This document shows positions 1-14,286 of a DNA stretch of 64,000 bases, piece by piece. The stretch's first letter is position 1; each line of letters starts with the position of its first letter. The position numbers were made by a program, and so were the translations under genes. This stretch comes from Octopus vulgaris (Eukaryota): assembly GCA_951406725.2 (NCBI GenBank), contig OX597831.1:16554001-16618000 (forward strand), read 5' to 3'. The notes beneath the pieces were generated by a model. The model worked only from the letters and a program-made list of their open reading frames with translations. It was not told where the DNA came from and ran no database searches.

Positions 1-17
1 GAACAAAACTTTTGCAG
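1..17 (+). CDS. Gene A exon 2 (3' end only, ...EQNFC-S) of 6-Cys secreted/GPI-like protein family
   Basis: GAA CAA AAC TTT TGC AG|gtac matches the exon-2 end TTT TGC AG|gta of genes B and C; phase-2 donor. Confidence 0.65.
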
Positions 18-521
18 GTACATTGTCATAAATAGTCAAACTGATATTCGGAATACTGCATCGCATGCTTCAACCTTCCCATATTGGTTACTGAATGTCT
101 CTCTGCCTCTACTATTATCGCTTTCTTTTTCTTACATTCCTTTTCTTCCTTCTTTCTCCCTCACTCCCATCTCTCTGCATGTGTAAGTGCGTATCTGTGT
201 ATTTGTTGGCGGGCTGATTGCACACGGTCGCCATAGGGATTAGGTCACATTTGATTCGCCTGCGCTGTCATCCCACCTCAGAGAATATATTATACGAAAC
301 ATTATTTGTAAGAAATCCTCTCATAACAAAGAAACAAAAACCACCCATTTTTGAATGAGTTAAAAATCGAAATCTATATTTTGTCAATTCAAACATTTCA
401 GAACGTTTGAGCCTATGCCACATAAGGAAAAATATAAACCCATTGTGATACTCTCCTTATGAATAGCTAAAGAATCACGATTCCATCAGCGACGAAGGAA
501 AAAGAACAAAACCAAATAATA

Positions 522-922
522 ATCTTTTCTACTCTAGGCACAAGGCGCAAATAATTGGGGGACGGGGCCAGTCGATTAGATAGACCCAAATACGTAACAC
601 CTACTTAATTTACCGGACCCCGAAAGGATGAAAGGCAGAGTTGACCCGGCAGAATTTGAACTCAGACCGTAAAGAAAGACGAAATTCCTATATCTTTACT
701 ACCCACAAGGAGCTAAATGCAAAGAGCCCAAACAAGGACAGACAAAAGGAATAAGTCGATTACATCGACCCCAGTGCGTAACTGGTACTCAATTTACCGA
801 CCCCGAAAGGATCAAAGGCAAAGTCGACATCGGTGGAATTTGAACTCAGAACATGACAGCAGTCGAAATACGGCTACGCATTTCGCCCGGCGTGATAACG
901 TTTCTGCCAGCTCACCGTCTTA
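522..922 (-). mobile_element. tRNA-type SINE, dimeric/nested copy (octopus-like family 1)
   Basis: Recurrent core cccgaaaggatgaaaggcaaagtcgac...aatttgaactcagaac; further copies at 2045-2425, 6384-6730, 7740-8127, 8400-8560, 17261-17476, 18620-18815, 41030-41210. Confidence 0.8.
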
Positions 923-994
923 AGACTAATTAATAACGGACCAGTGCAGTTAGAAAGAACACAAATAACATCTCTGGATCTTTCCTTTCCCTAT

Positions 995-1029
995 GTTACT
1001 GACGAAGAGCTCCGCTCGAAACGTTAAAC
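995..1029 (+). ncRNA. Minimal hammerhead-like motif in a short dispersed repeat (~972-1131)
   Basis: GUUa-CUGACGA-aGAGC-ucc-GCUC-GAAACGUUA-AAC; decayed copies near 8815, 53050 and 18234-18269 (minus strand). Confidence 0.55.
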
Positions 1030-1128
1030 CCTCCTTCTTCCCTTCCTTCCTGAGCGTCCAATAATACTTTATTTGTTCCACGTCCTTGCGTTGTTGTTTT
1101 TTCTCTTTGTGTTTTCATGTTTGGATTA

Positions 1129-1173
<45 letters not shown>

Positions 1174-1694
1174 ATGAATGTGTGTAGTCACACACGACGG
1201 TCTTCTTTCAGCTTTCACCTAACAAGTTCATGCACAATTCTTTACTAGACGTGGGACTCTAATAAAGATACTTGTCCAGTGTGACACGCAGGGATATTCT
1301 ATCTGGAACCATGTGGTTGGAAAGTAATCTTCGGAGCACACATCCACATGTATAATATACATACATTACTTCCGTGCATATGTTAAACTTTTCCACTCTT
1401 ACGACGTAGTAAATTCCAGTGTCATCTTATTGTATAAATATGATTGCAAGTAGTGCAATACCTGTACGCTCTCGCGTTATGTTTGTCGCGTATCTACAGT
1501 ATTGCGAAGGAAATGAGTTGATCACACATCTCGTTATTTCTCAAATTTTGCTGTGATCACGCTTGCCCAACTGCGTATAGGTGTGTCGTTGTAAACTGAA
1601 CTTGATCACAGAACATTGTAAATTTTCAAAATCTACAAAACTTTTATATTTAGTTTTTTTAATCTAATATATTGATTTTTATTTTGTCTCGCAG

Positions 1695-1782
1695 TACTTT
1701 CCTTGATTTTTCTCCATGTCTCATGGGTATATCTATAATTTGTGATGAATTCTACAAGTCATTCTTTTACGAAAAATGCCTG
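1695..1782 (+). CDS. Gene A exon 3 ((S)TFLDFSPCLMGISIICDEFYKSFFYEKCL)
   Basis: ttttgtctcgcag acceptor, CTG|gtaag donor, 88 nt with phase 2/0 exactly as in paralogs; same Cys spacing. Confidence 0.8.
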
Positions 1783-2044
1783 GTAAGAACGTTTCATTAT
1801 TTTGGTTTCATTATGAGAAATGATGTACAGATGAATTAAATTTTATACCATTTGAAATGTTGTTACTTTACGCTCTCAGTTGGTGAATCTCTTAGAGATT
1901 GTATCGTTTTGAAGCAAGCACTTTATAACACAACGTGACGTTTCGTTACTAGGCTATATATCAAGTGATAGTAGACCAACAGGAGATAATCTGTAATAAT
2001 TTATCATTGCAAATCCGTATCACTTTTGTACATTACACATAAAC

Positions 2045-2425
2045 CTTTGTACTGAAGGCACAAGGCCAGAAAATAGGTGGAGAGAGGACTTGTCGATTAC
2101 ATCGACACAAATGTTTCACAACTGCTAAATTTATCGATCTCGAAAGAATAAGAAGCAAAGTCAACCTCGTCGGAATTTAAACTCAAAACTTAGTAATTAG
2201 CGAAATACCTATTTCTTTACTACCCACTAGGGGCTAAAAAAAGAGAGGGCAAACAAGCGCAAACAAACGAATTAAGTCGATTATATCGACCCCAGTGCGT
2301 ATTTAATCGACACCGAAAGGATGAAAAGCAAAGTAGACCTCGGCGGAATTTGAACTCAGAACCTAGCGGCAGACAAAGTACCATTAAGCTCGGCGTGCTA
2401 ACGTTTCTGCCAGCTCGCTGCCTTA
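2045..2425 (-). mobile_element. SINE family 1 copy
   Basis: Same core motifs as 522-922. Confidence 0.8.
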
Positions 2426-2724
2426 GAATTGTTTAATAATATGTATTTGTAAAGTGCTGCTGTCACTTTAGATTGGTGTTTCATTGCAGGGCGATATATA
2501 TGGACGCTGATGCATGACATTCAAGCGCATAAAATATATTAATGCTGTTGTTTTAGCTTGCTTACAAACCAAATGGTTTCAGGTTCAGTCCCACTGTGTA
2601 GCACCTTGAGCAAGTTTCTTCTACTATGGCCTCGGGCCTACCAGAGCCTTGTGAGAGGATTCGGTAGACGGAAACTGAAAGAAACGCGTCGTATATACAT
2701 ATATATATATACATATATATATAT

Positions 2725-4380
2725 AAATTAATCAAAATAAAAACATGATGCCAAGGATTCAGCGGTACATATGTTTCGGGCCTTTATTAGACGGATTTAT
2801 AACAATGCATAATGTATGTCTGTGGCCTTCTTCAGCCGCACACAACAACTTCCACAAGGACATCAAAAATTCTTGGTTGGGGATGCAAATCCTCTCATTC
2901 GCGTACGACATAATGCGGCAACAGCATAAAGATGAAGCGTCCATCTCGTTCTTCTCTCAATGTAGAATGAAGGAAGTTTGGATGTTGAAGTAATGTAAAT
3001 AAATTAATAAATAAATATATACATATATAAATATATAAATGCAGACAGACGTGAAGGAACCTGGTAATAAGAGCAAATAGAGATAAAGATAAAGATGGAG
3101 GAGCGAGAATTCAGGACGAAGGATAAAAAATATATAAAAAGTGTAAGTATAGAAAAATATAAAAATGTAGAGTATAAAGATATAAAGTGATATAAAAAGA
3201 ATATAAAGGTATAAAGTTATAAAAATAAAAATAGAAATAAAAATAATAAAAAGTGTAAAAGAATATAAGGATAAGGGATATATAGTAGTTACGGACCAAA
3301 CATGGTGGTCAGGGAAATGACAAATACACACACACACACACATACGTATACATATACACACACACACACATACATGTATATGTATATATGTATATACGTA
3401 TGTGTGTGTGTGTGTATGTATATGTACATGTATATTGTCCGTGTATATATATGCATATTCTGTTGTGTGTGTATATATATATGCGCATGTGTGTGTGTAT
3501 ATGTGTATCTGTATATGTTTACACGTGAGTACGTATGTATGCTTATATGCTTTTGGCTGGGTATGCGTGCATATATGTGCGCGTGTATATGGGTTTATGT
3601 ATCCATGCGGGTACGTATGTACAAGATGACCACTTAATACGTTACGAAGAACTAGAGGAACGAGATAAGCTGCTCAACAACTCTGATTTACAATACACCA
3701 AGTCCCCAGACGCCCCGATTGATTTATGACACCCAAGACTTCTACAACCAGAATTTGTCATTTTCCTGACCACCATGTTTGGTCCGTAACTACTATATAT
3801 CCCTTATCCTTATATTCTTTTACACTTTTTTATTATTTTTATTTCTATTTTTATTTTTATAGCTTTATACCTTTATATTCATTTATATTTTTTTATATTT
3901 TTTATATCTCTTTATATCTTTATACTCTACATTTTTATATTTTTCTATACTTACACTTTTTATATATTTTTTATCCTTCGTCCTGAATTCTCGCCCCTCC
4001 ATCTTTATCTTTATCTCTATTTACTCTTATTACCAGGTTCCTTCACGTCTGTCTGCATTTATATATTTATATATGTATATATTTATTTATTAATTTATTT
4101 ACATTACTTCAACATCCAAATTTCTTCATTCTACATTGAGAGAAGAACGAGATGGACGCTTCATCTTTATGCTGTTGCCGCATTATGTCGTACGCGAATG
4201 AGAGGATTTGCATCCCCAACCCAGAATTTTTGATGTAATACATGTCCTTGTGGAAGTTGTTGTGCGCGGCTGAAGAAGGCCACAGACATACATTATGCAT
4301 TGTTATAAATCCGTCTGATAAAGGCCCGAAACATATGTACCGCTGAATCATTGGCATCATGTTTTTATTTTGATTAATTT
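2725..4380. repeat. Large inverted repeat (arms 2725-3325 and 3753-4380), Penelope pLTR-like
   Basis: Arms are near-perfect reverse complements; each carries a hammerhead motif. Confidence 0.9.
4266..4343 (+). ncRNA. Minimal type I hammerhead ribozyme motif (mirror copy at 2762-2839, minus strand)
   Basis: GCGG-CUGAAGA-aGGCC...GGCCc-GAAAC-AUAU-GUA-CCGC; palindromic helix III. Confidence 0.7.
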
Positions 4381-4453
4381 ACTCCACCACCTACACCACC
4401 TACACCACCAAACGGTATATACAGGTGCTTACAATTATCAAGTATCACCCCGA

Positions 4454-4537
<84 letters not shown>

Positions 4538-4857
4538 GTATGTGTGGGAATATATGTTTGTGTGTCTGTGTTTGTCCTCCTCAACATCGCTTGACAACCG
4601 ATGCTGGTGTGTTTACGTCCCTGTAACTTAGCGTTTCGGCAAAAGAGAGCGACAGAATAAGTACTAGGCTTACAAAGAATAAGTCCTGGGGTCGATTTGC
4701 TCAACTAAAGGCGGTGCTCTAGCATGGCCACAGTCAAATGACTGAAAGAGTAAAAGAGTAAGAATAGATAAATACACGCAGACACTTATAGACACAAACA
4801 CGCGCACATACGTATACACACACGCACGCACGTATACACACACGCACACACACACAA

Positions 4858-4922
<65 letters not shown>

Positions 4923-5286
4923 CACTCACTGGTAAATGCTAAAAGGTTTGCCAACATCGAGGTCGCAGCTAGTGGCATTATGGCCTGATATAATTTTCTA
5001 CAAAATCGAGTACACCGATACCATTTATGCAAAAATAGTTTGACAGGAATTAGAGATAAGGGCACCCACGTAGAGTCTACAATTAATTAAAAAAGTACAT
5101 TAAGATATTCAGTATCAGTTGATTCTGTACGTAAATGACGCCAAGAGCTCACGTGTCTATGACCATCTCATCCACCAAGACACTAATGTAGATGCAATGA
5201 ATAATTTTGTCATCTTCGTAGAACAACGGAAATCCATTAGCATATACATGAGTGTATATTAGCTTATAAACACACACACGCACATA

Positions 5287-5355
<69 letters not shown>

Positions 5356-5686
5356 ATAGATACAGTGATAATGAAGAATACTGAGTCATATCGACTACAT
5401 GCATGCAAAAGACGTCGAATGACAAGAAAAGTCGCTTCATGTTAAGCTGAAAGCGACGAAATGTATGTAAAAGTGATTTAGTAAAATATATTTTGAGGTT
5501 AATTCTAGGTCGTCCGATCTCTGGTTTAGTAATACAATTACTTTACCGTCATCAGAAGATAATATAGAATAGAATATAACCAAATGTACATAAATGTAAA
5601 TATGTATGTATATATATATATGTCTATCAATCTATCAATATATATATATGTATACACACACATATATATATATATACAATATATAG

Positions 5687-5745
<59 letters not shown>

Positions 5746-5754
5746 TACATACAT

Positions 5755-5821
<67 letters not shown>

Positions 5822-6246
5822 TACATAATTAAGGATAAAATCAATTAATGTACTTATCAGTGGCCAGCATGTAACAAATGTCATACAGGTAAAAATTAAT
5901 ATAAATATATAATTATATATATATATGCGCACACACACACACGCACACATACACACACACACAAACATATATATATATATATATATGTATCATATATACG
6001 CGTATGTTAATATGTGTCCGTTTGCAAACACACACAATTTCGCGGGCGCACGCACACATAGATATTATATTAGAGGAAGAATCAAATTCAAGACAGGACA
6101 ATTCATTTAAAATGATTTAATTAGGGTAAGGTGAATTTGAAATCGTACAGCTGCTTCTGGGATAACCCAAGCGGTAGGTTAGTATGACCACGCATTGGGT
6201 ATTCGGCCATCAGTGACTAGTTATGAATATTTTAGATAAAAAATAT

Positions 6247-6328
<82 letters not shown>

Positions 6329-6383
6329 TATACGTGTATAAATGTTACATCCAAAGCATAAGTCGGGAGAGATGTGGTCTATA

Positions 6384-6730
6384 GACGGCGGCGAACTGGC
6401 AGGAACGCTAGCCTTCCGGGCGAAATGCTTAGCGGTATTCGTCTGCCGCTACGTTCTGTGTTCAAATTCCGCCAACGTCGACTTTACCTTTCATCATTTC
6501 GGGGTCGATTAGATATGTACCAGTTACGCACTGTGGTCGATATAATCGGCTTAATACGTTTGCCCCGTCTGTGTTTAGCTCCTTGCGGGTAGTAAAGAAA
6601 TAGGTCTTTCGTCTGCCGATACATTCTGAGTTTAAATTCCGCACTGGGGTCGATGTAATCGACTTAATCCCTTTGTCTGTCCTTGTTTGTCCGCTCTACG
6701 TTTAGCCCCTTGTGGGTAATACAGAATTAA
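6384..6730 (+). mobile_element. SINE family 1 copy
   Basis: ggcggcgaactggcagg...gttcaaattcc (B-box-like)...ggggtcgat; reverse complement of the 522-922 family. Confidence 0.8.
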
Positions 6731-7739
6731 GAATGCCATCTGTCACCCATGCATACCAGTCTCCCCTCTCATGCCACCGACGTGAAGTAGGAGAGGCTGA
6801 GATCGATACACTTTCCTGCCACTTACGTCGCAACTCATTTCTATCGATGAGTTAAAGGGAGCATTATGAAAGAAGTATCTTTATTCATAGCACTACGCAC
6901 AGCTCAGTTCTGGAATGGAACCCACTACCTCGTGACTGCAGAACCGACGCTGTAACCACTGAGCCATGCTCCTTCACACACCGACATACACGCATTACAC
7001 ACACACATATACACACACAAACATATTCATTGCCCATTTATAAGTGAATGGCATGGTGGAATGTGAACCAAAGTATTTTGTTCTAACACACAACTTTACG
7101 CTGATCTGTGAATCGATAGTATAACCTTTCACTTAGCCACGTTCATCACACACACACACACACACACACAGACACACGAACGCACGTACACACACATGGC
7201 AGATTTCATACGTTCAATATATAACTCGTGAGTTGTTTTGCTTTCAGTACTATGAAACACTCAGGCCCGATCGCTTAAAAACGGTGAGTAATACACATTT
7301 GATATATCGTTTTATCTACCAATATAACATAACCCATATTGTATTTGTGGTGTCGTTTCAATTACGAACATTTGTCACTGCCGTATTGATTACTGACCCT
7401 GGAACCGTCATACTTACTGAGTTATTTTAGTAGAATTCTACTTAAAACACTACTCTTGCATTTCCAATAAGTTCTGGCATTAACACGGCATCGAATTGCT
7501 CCATCGATAAGACTGTAGCTGTACTAAGTGAAATACAAGTCATAAGGACGCAGTGTTCGCTCAGTTTTGTCATCTCTCCCCATTTTTCCTTTTAACTAAT
7601 GAATCAGCGCATTCCTTTCAGTCCAATGCCCGTATGGCAATGTAAGCATGGAGTATGAATAATGTATATAAACAGAAAAGTTTGTAATTTAGGTAAAATG
7701 CCAATTTTTTTTATTAGGGATTACTGGACACCTCGATAT

Positions 7740-8127
7740 TCTTTTCTACTCTAGTCACAAGGCCTGAAATTTTGGGGAGAGCGGGCCAGTCGATTAAATT
7801 AACCCATGTATGCAATTGATATTAATTTATTGTCCCCGAAAGGATGAAAGGCAAAGTCGACCTCGGTGGAATTTGAACGTAAAGACAGATGAATTACCTA
7901 TATCTTTACTACCCACAGGGCTAAACACACAAGGCATAGACAAGGACAGACATAGGTATTAAGTCGATTACATCGACCCCAGTGCGTAACTGGTACTTAA
8001 TTTATCGACCCCCAAAGGATGAAAAGCAAAGTTGATCATGGCGGAATTTGAAGTCAGAACGTAACGGCAGACGAAATACCGCTAAGTATTTCACCTGGCA
8101 TGCTCACCTTTCTGCCAACTCACCGCT
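7740..8127 (-). mobile_element. SINE family 1 copy
   Basis: Same core motifs. Confidence 0.8.
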
Positions 8128-8612
8128 TTCGATACATCGATATTGGACTGGAACTTCATTTTCTCGACCGGGAGAGATGCAAAGAGCAATCAGCCGCAGC
8201 GAGATTTGTAATCACAAATTAAAGAGATCGATACCTTGCATAACAGAATCATAAAAGAATCGTATTAGGTAATAATGCCGATGTACTTTCGGAATACGAG
8301 GTCAAATCAATGAAAATTTATCAGACAATGGATATTAGTATTAAGATATTCTATCAGTAACAGCTAAACAGATGCTTTGACGAAATGGGTTTCAACTATT
8401 TGGCAGAAACACAGTGTTCAATTGGTGATTTTTATTTTCATCCCTAAATGATTGCAAGCAGAGTTAACCTTGGCGTAATTTGAACTCAGAACGTAAAGTC
8501 GGACGGAATGCCAGATAGTCTTTTGCCCGGCGTCCTAACAATTCTGCAAGCTCACCGTTTTACGAGCAAGTATATCATTAACACGTGTATACATACATAC
8601 ATACATACCCCC

Positions 8613-8662
<50 letters not shown>

Positions 8663-8664
8663 CG

Positions 8665-8744
<80 letters not shown>

Positions 8745-8939
8745 TGTGACCGCGTGTGTAACGTTGGCGATTTTTTTCCTCCGTCTTCCCTTCTTTGGAT
8801 CTTTCCTTTTCCTATGTTTCTGGAAACGTTAAACGCATTTTCTTTCCTTCTTTCCTGAGCGTCCAATAACACTATATGTGTTCCACGTCCTGGCGTTGTT
8901 GTATTTTCTCTTTGTGTTTTCATGTTGGGATTAACTATA

Positions 8940-9024
<85 letters not shown>

Positions 9025-9164
9025 TAAACATACAATGACGCACAGTTACATGTGCGCGGACACACACATGCATATTGCATATGTGTCTTTCTGGTGCATG
9101 TGTTTGCGCGCACTCGTGTCTGCGTGTGTGGTATACTTACAGTATTTCAATTCATGTCTTCCAG

Positions 9165-9203
9165 AAATCTGCAGCGGCTAAAATTTCAACCGCCCCACAA
9201 AAG
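9165..9203 (+). CDS. Gene A exon 4 (KSAAAKISTAPQK), putative GPI omega region
   Basis: tcttccag acceptor, AAG|gtaagc donor, 39 nt phase 0/0, small-residue SAAA stretch. Confidence 0.6.
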
Positions 9204-9524
9204 GTAAGCAAGACACTTACGGAATATCATTAAATATCACAGATATTCCAGACAAAAACCTTCAATAAGGCTCCACCATCGCTTAATTAACCAGTAATTC
9301 ATTATCAATCATATTTTAGTGTTCTTTCGTGTAATTTGCAGCTAAAGGCCATCTCATAATCTGCATGTCTCATAGATAAGTGTAAATATGTAGTATTATA
9401 TAACGAAAAAAAAATTATACTTAAGCATTATTTATTCATCATTGATTGTCATCTCTCTTTTATACTAATACATCAAGCTGTTACTTTCATTTATTTAACC
9501 ACTGTAGCGATGGTACAATTTAAT

Positions 9525-9910
9525 ATGAATAATTTATAAATAAATACGTATTACATATCTACTTATAATGCAACGTCGTGAATGTAATAATAGTTAATAA
9601 TACTACATTATTTTAATATATAATAGGCCAATAAAATTAATTCTACTTCTAGTAGTATAATAAAGACTGTGTAGTAACAGTCAATGCCTTGCTACATTCC
9701 ATCTGTAGCTAACGAAATGAATAATTTATAAATAAATACGTATTACATATCTACTTATAATGCAACGTCATGAATGTAATAATAGTTAATAATACTACAT
9801 TATTTTAATATATAATAGGCCAATAAAATTAATTCTACTTCTAGTAGTATAATATAGACTGTGTAGTAACAGTCAATGCCTTGCTACATTCCATCTGTAG
9901 CTAACGAAAT
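9525..9910. repeat. Tandem duplication, 192-bp period, near-identical
   Basis: atgaataatttataaataaatacg starts at 9525 and 9717. Confidence 0.9.
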
Positions 9911-10543
9911 ACACGTTTTGAAAGCTCTAATCATATAATCCACAGCAATGTTTAATTTGTCCCTCGAGGAAATAATAAAACAAGTGACCAATTCCTCATT
10001 TGTTTCGCTGTACATATTGAGAGAAACCCTCTAAAATTACACAAAAGTTCACCAGAAAATATTACACAATTATGAGCGCCATTGAAAGGTTCGATGGTTG
10101 GGACAGCGTAAGCCTTCTATATGGAGAAGGTTTTCACATGATCCGTACGCATTTATTTTGACAGTTTGCATTCCTGTTCTTAAACGACTTTTGCGTAAAA
10201 AAAGAAAAGAAATGAATGCCTAGTAGTTAGAGAATCTTTCCTTGCAGAAGCGTGCGATGAAATTTTGTGAAAACGATAAATTTTCACTATTTAATCATAT
10301 ATATTACCTGCTATAGTATTTATTACCTACTTTATCCATTTTATAAAGTGATATCCTGATCAGTGCATCACTTTTGAAGAATATTTGACACTAGCTAGTC
10401 CGCAAGTGCTTGTTTACAGTAAACTCCAATCCGGAAAACGTTCGAGTTTGTAACTCTTGATATATACTAAGATTATTGTTTAATTTATATTAAGCTCTCA
10501 CATCTCCAGATATTTCAATAATGGCTCTTTTATATTTATACAG

Positions 10544-10603
10544 GTCACAATGGAATGCTTCTTGGTTATAGCAGTAACCATTAAATTGTTGATACATATG
10601 TGA
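10544..10603 (+). CDS. Gene A terminal exon 5 (VTMECFLVIAVTIKLLIHM*), hydrophobic tail
   Basis: tttatacag acceptor; 60 nt to stop, same length as and homologous to the gene C last exon; AATAAA overlaps the stop. Confidence 0.7.
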   Translation, partial: VTMECFLVIAVTIKLLIHM

Positions 10604-11557
10604 ATAAAGTTTACATTTCTGGGTTTTAGCTATTTTGATTTAGTAGTTGTTTTGATTTGCGTATGATGAAAAATGTCAATATTGGTGAAGTGAGGGAGAC
10701 ATGCAGCTGGAAGAACCTTTATCATTAGCCTTATGTGACAGACCACTCTCTATAACCGAATATATACATATTCGAAAGGGCCCCATATAAAAAAATAACT
10801 CTGGACTATGTAAGATGAACCCAGAAGTTAACTCTATGTTAAGTAAGATAATCTAAAGCATTCAGTGTACTGCAGAAACAGGATATCAACAAACATGGAG
10901 AGCAGCACAAAACATAGAGGATTCGAATAGTAAACACAGGCAGGATATCAAATTGTAGAACAGCTCGCCATTGCTCTACCAACATTCTCGGTTAATATAA
11001 TCAATGTCAAGGTATTTGTAACACTTAGAAACATTACAAAATCCACATACATAGTATGAGATGGACTAAGCGTCAACAGAAAGTATCAATGGAACAATAA
11101 CACACCCGCAAAACCACCACACCATCCTGCAAAACATGACGATTAAAGAGAGTATGAAGTGAGACAAATCAAAAATACAAAAAATATAATGGACACACGA
11201 TACAAAGATACTCAAGAGGAAATGGGAAAAAAGAAAAATAGATAAATAAATAAAACAGCATATAGATGGCACAAAACAAACGGTATAGTAAGCTAACCCA
11301 TACACAGGCAGACATACACACACACTCACAAAACACACATATCATACACATAGACCCGTTCACACACGCACAGCTGGAAATGCATGTGCAGATAAGCATA
11401 CACACTGCAGAATGGACAAAACTGGGCAGGAGAAAATACGATCTATGGAGAGTTGGTGAAGAGGATGTCTGATAAAAATGTCCGACAAATGAAACTGACC
11501 AAATAACAAACTTGAAATGACGAACCTTTATTGAATTCTTGTGATCATTTATATATC

Positions 11558-12640
11558 TATCAGGTTATCCCAAAAGTTGTGTCCGAATTTTGAATAAAGA
11601 AAACAAGTGATCAAATGTTATATATAACTGAAATTTAATCATCAATATACTTTCCCTGTTTATCTATGATTTGCTTCCATCTTATTACAAGCTTTTTAAT
11701 CCCATGAATGTAAAACTCTTTTGGTTTCAAAGCGAAGAACTCTGAAATGTCAGTTTCGACCTCCTCCTGGCTTGCGAAATTTATGTCCCCCAAATGATTC
11801 TGTAAACTACAAAACAAATGGTAGTCTGAAGGAGCAAGGTCGGGGAAATAAGGTAAATGAGGATTTTTTTTCCCAACCAAACACTTCGATCTTCTATAAT
11901 GTGATCTTTGCAGTGTGGGATTGCGCATTTTTCTGATGAAACATCACTCCTTTTCGATTATCTAAAGCGAGTGTTTTTTTTACGCGTTGTTCAAAAGCTC
12001 TAATTGCTGATAGTAAACTTGAGGATTTAAAGTTGCATTAGGTGGTAACAATTCAAAGTTAATTATTCCTTTGCAATCCAACTAGATAGAGAAAAGAAAC
12101 TTTTTGTCATGAAGTTCCTTTCTCGCTTGCGGTTGAGCTTTTTCTCTTTTACCAAGCCACTGTTTACGACGTTTTCCATTTCGATAGAATATCCATCTTT
12201 CGTCACCAGTCACAAGTCTATCCCAAAAAGGTGAAATGGAGAGAAGAGCAGATGTCAAGTTGAAATTTGCACTTGCTTTCGGACAATTCATGAGGCATCC
12301 ATTTTCCAAGTTTAGGAAACTTTCCAAGTTTTTGAAGATGACGATGAACAGTTGTATGGTTTGAACTAATCGCTTATGCCAATTCTTTAACTTATAATAC
12401 AAGATTTTCTTCAAGCAATGCCTCAAGGAGCTTATCATCAAACTCAACTGGACGTCCTTGTCGATCTTCATCTCCAAAGCTGAAATTTCCACTTCTGAAT
12501 TTTGAAAACTATCTTCTGCAAGTTCTTTCATTCAAGCATTCTTTCCCATAAAATAAGTTTATGTTTCGAGTGGCTTCGGCCGCAGAGTCTAGTTTTTTTA
12601 TACTCATAAGGTATAAATGTATCATTTAATAAAAAAACAA
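11558..12640 (-). mobile_element. Decayed mariner (Tc1/mariner DD34D) transposon
   Basis: Frameshifted transposase fragments with VTGDERWI and HLPYFPDLAPSDYHLF motifs; TA followed by tcaggtt terminus. Confidence 0.85.
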
Positions 12641-13219
12641 AGAATTACATGGAACATTTGGTTCATTGAACATTGGGTTACATTTCATTCTTTGTTCTTG
12701 CTGAGACCAACCATGGAAATTCTCGCTTGAAAGCCGACTTAAAAGAGTGTTGGGCCTTCAACTCCTTTACTTTACCTGAACGACATCATTGACTTCGTCA
12801 AACACAGGAAGATAAAGATTCTTTTCGATGACTCCATATATGTGTTAGACATCGAAGACCGAATATAGTTGCAGTTGGATCTTCACACTACCATCCAATG
12901 GGCGTGCAATACAATATGATTTTAAATGGAGATAAATCTGAAATAATCCACTTTGCTGGAGAGACATTTTCCTTCAGCGAGATTCTTGTATCACGAAATA
13001 CCACTGAGGATTCTCAGGACATTCTGGTCGAGATATGTTTCAAACATTATCTTTCACGTCTCTACTTTGATAATATTGTCTTCTATAATATTTGATAATA
13101 TTTGATAATATTGTCTTCTATGCTATCAGCACAAAGAATAACATTAGTTACAAAATTGAAGCACCACTGAGATCAATCACTCAAAATCAAAATGTACAAG
13201 TCTTCATTACTGGGATCAG

Positions 13220-13905
13220 TTCGAGAAAATGAATCTCTATTCTCCAATTCTATTGTGTGCCCTATATCATTTGTATGATGTGAAATGTTTCTATCAATAA
13301 TACTCATATGATATTGGCCTAACCGTTCAAATTCACGCAAAACCTGGTCCCAGTACCATCCGTCGTCTACAGAATTTCTATCACATCACAACACTAAGAC
13401 AGAAGCATTCCGCCTTAACTAGATCTTCGTTCTTTAACATTCTGTTGAGACACATACAGGAAAGAACAGAACTCATAATATCCGGAAGTTTCCGGATTCT
13501 AATTTTAACCATGAACGCATAAATCCTTGCGGAAGTTGTTAATACGTGGTGAATAGGCAAATAATAGCTCTTTACCTGTATGATCTATTGTAATCAAAAA
13601 TTATGATTATAGCAAGAAACATATATTTTCTTTGCTATCTGGCGCTATTATGTTAGTAATTGTCCGGGATGATGAAGGCTATAAAATATACAAAGTTTAG
13701 GTTTCTGATAATATGGTAATATATGAACAGCATGTTATTTTGCAAATCATCGAAAACATAAATCAAATCATAATATGTCACATCTGAAAATTAATGTTCA
13801 GTCGCGATGTCAAACATATGTCACAATTTTGCTTCTTAAATAAGACAAGGCTACGTATTGAATATTATCACATATGCAAACTTATACACATACCGATTAT
13901 TAACG
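13220..13905 (+). promoter_or_regulatory. Upstream/promoter region of gene B, conserved with the gene C upstream region (~36960-37804)
   Basis: Shared blocks (tctccaattc, ttaatacgtgg, tgatgaaggcta, agacaaggctac, taacgatgaaaatt); TATAAAA near 13679 in B only; the distal part is a decayed LINE 3' end. Confidence 0.45.
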
Positions 13906-13945
13906 ATGAAAATTATTGCTATCTTCGTTCTAGTGCTAACGTTTG
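13906..13945 (+). CDS. Gene B exon 1, signal peptide ([14 protein letters not shown])
   Basis: ATG...TTTG|gtaagt phase-1 donor; K plus hydrophobic core; paralogous to 37805-37841 with conserved upstream DNA. Confidence 0.8.
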
Positions 13946-14152
13946 GTAAGTTTCTCTTCATTCATATATATGTAATTCCTAACAGGCTCCACAATTTTTA
14001 ATCTATCACACAGCTGAACACCCCCCACACACACATCCGTATACCACACACACATGTATGTATATGAATATATATATAACGGGATACATATGTACATATT
14101 TATGTATATATACACACATATATATATACATATACATTTATGTGTATGTATG

Positions 14153-14192
<40 letters not shown>

Positions 14193-14228
14193 CGCATATG
14201 TATATAAGTATATATATATACATATAAG

Positions 14229-14286
<58 letters not shown>

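Larger units (their letters stand above)
2550..4760 (+). mobile_element. SINE family 2 split at its internal microsatellite by a Penelope-like inverted insertion (halves ~2550-2692 and ~4540-4760)
   Basis: ggttcagtcccactg head and ...ggggtcgatttg...catggcc tail; related copies at 1180-1350, 56060-56500, 60060-60205 (minus strand). Confidence 0.65.

Noticed and set aside
2745-4360. Two similar ~82-aa ORFs (MMPRIQRYICFGP...) on opposite strands
   Set aside because: They arise from the two arms of the inverted repeat, antisense to the hammerhead; not a gene pair
9143-9181. Alternative gene A exon 4 (YFNSCLPEICSG*) from the upstream tacag acceptor
   Set aside because: The downstream tcttccag acceptor with a strong gtaagc donor links in frame to a last exon homologous to gene C; the alternative is not excluded but is less supported
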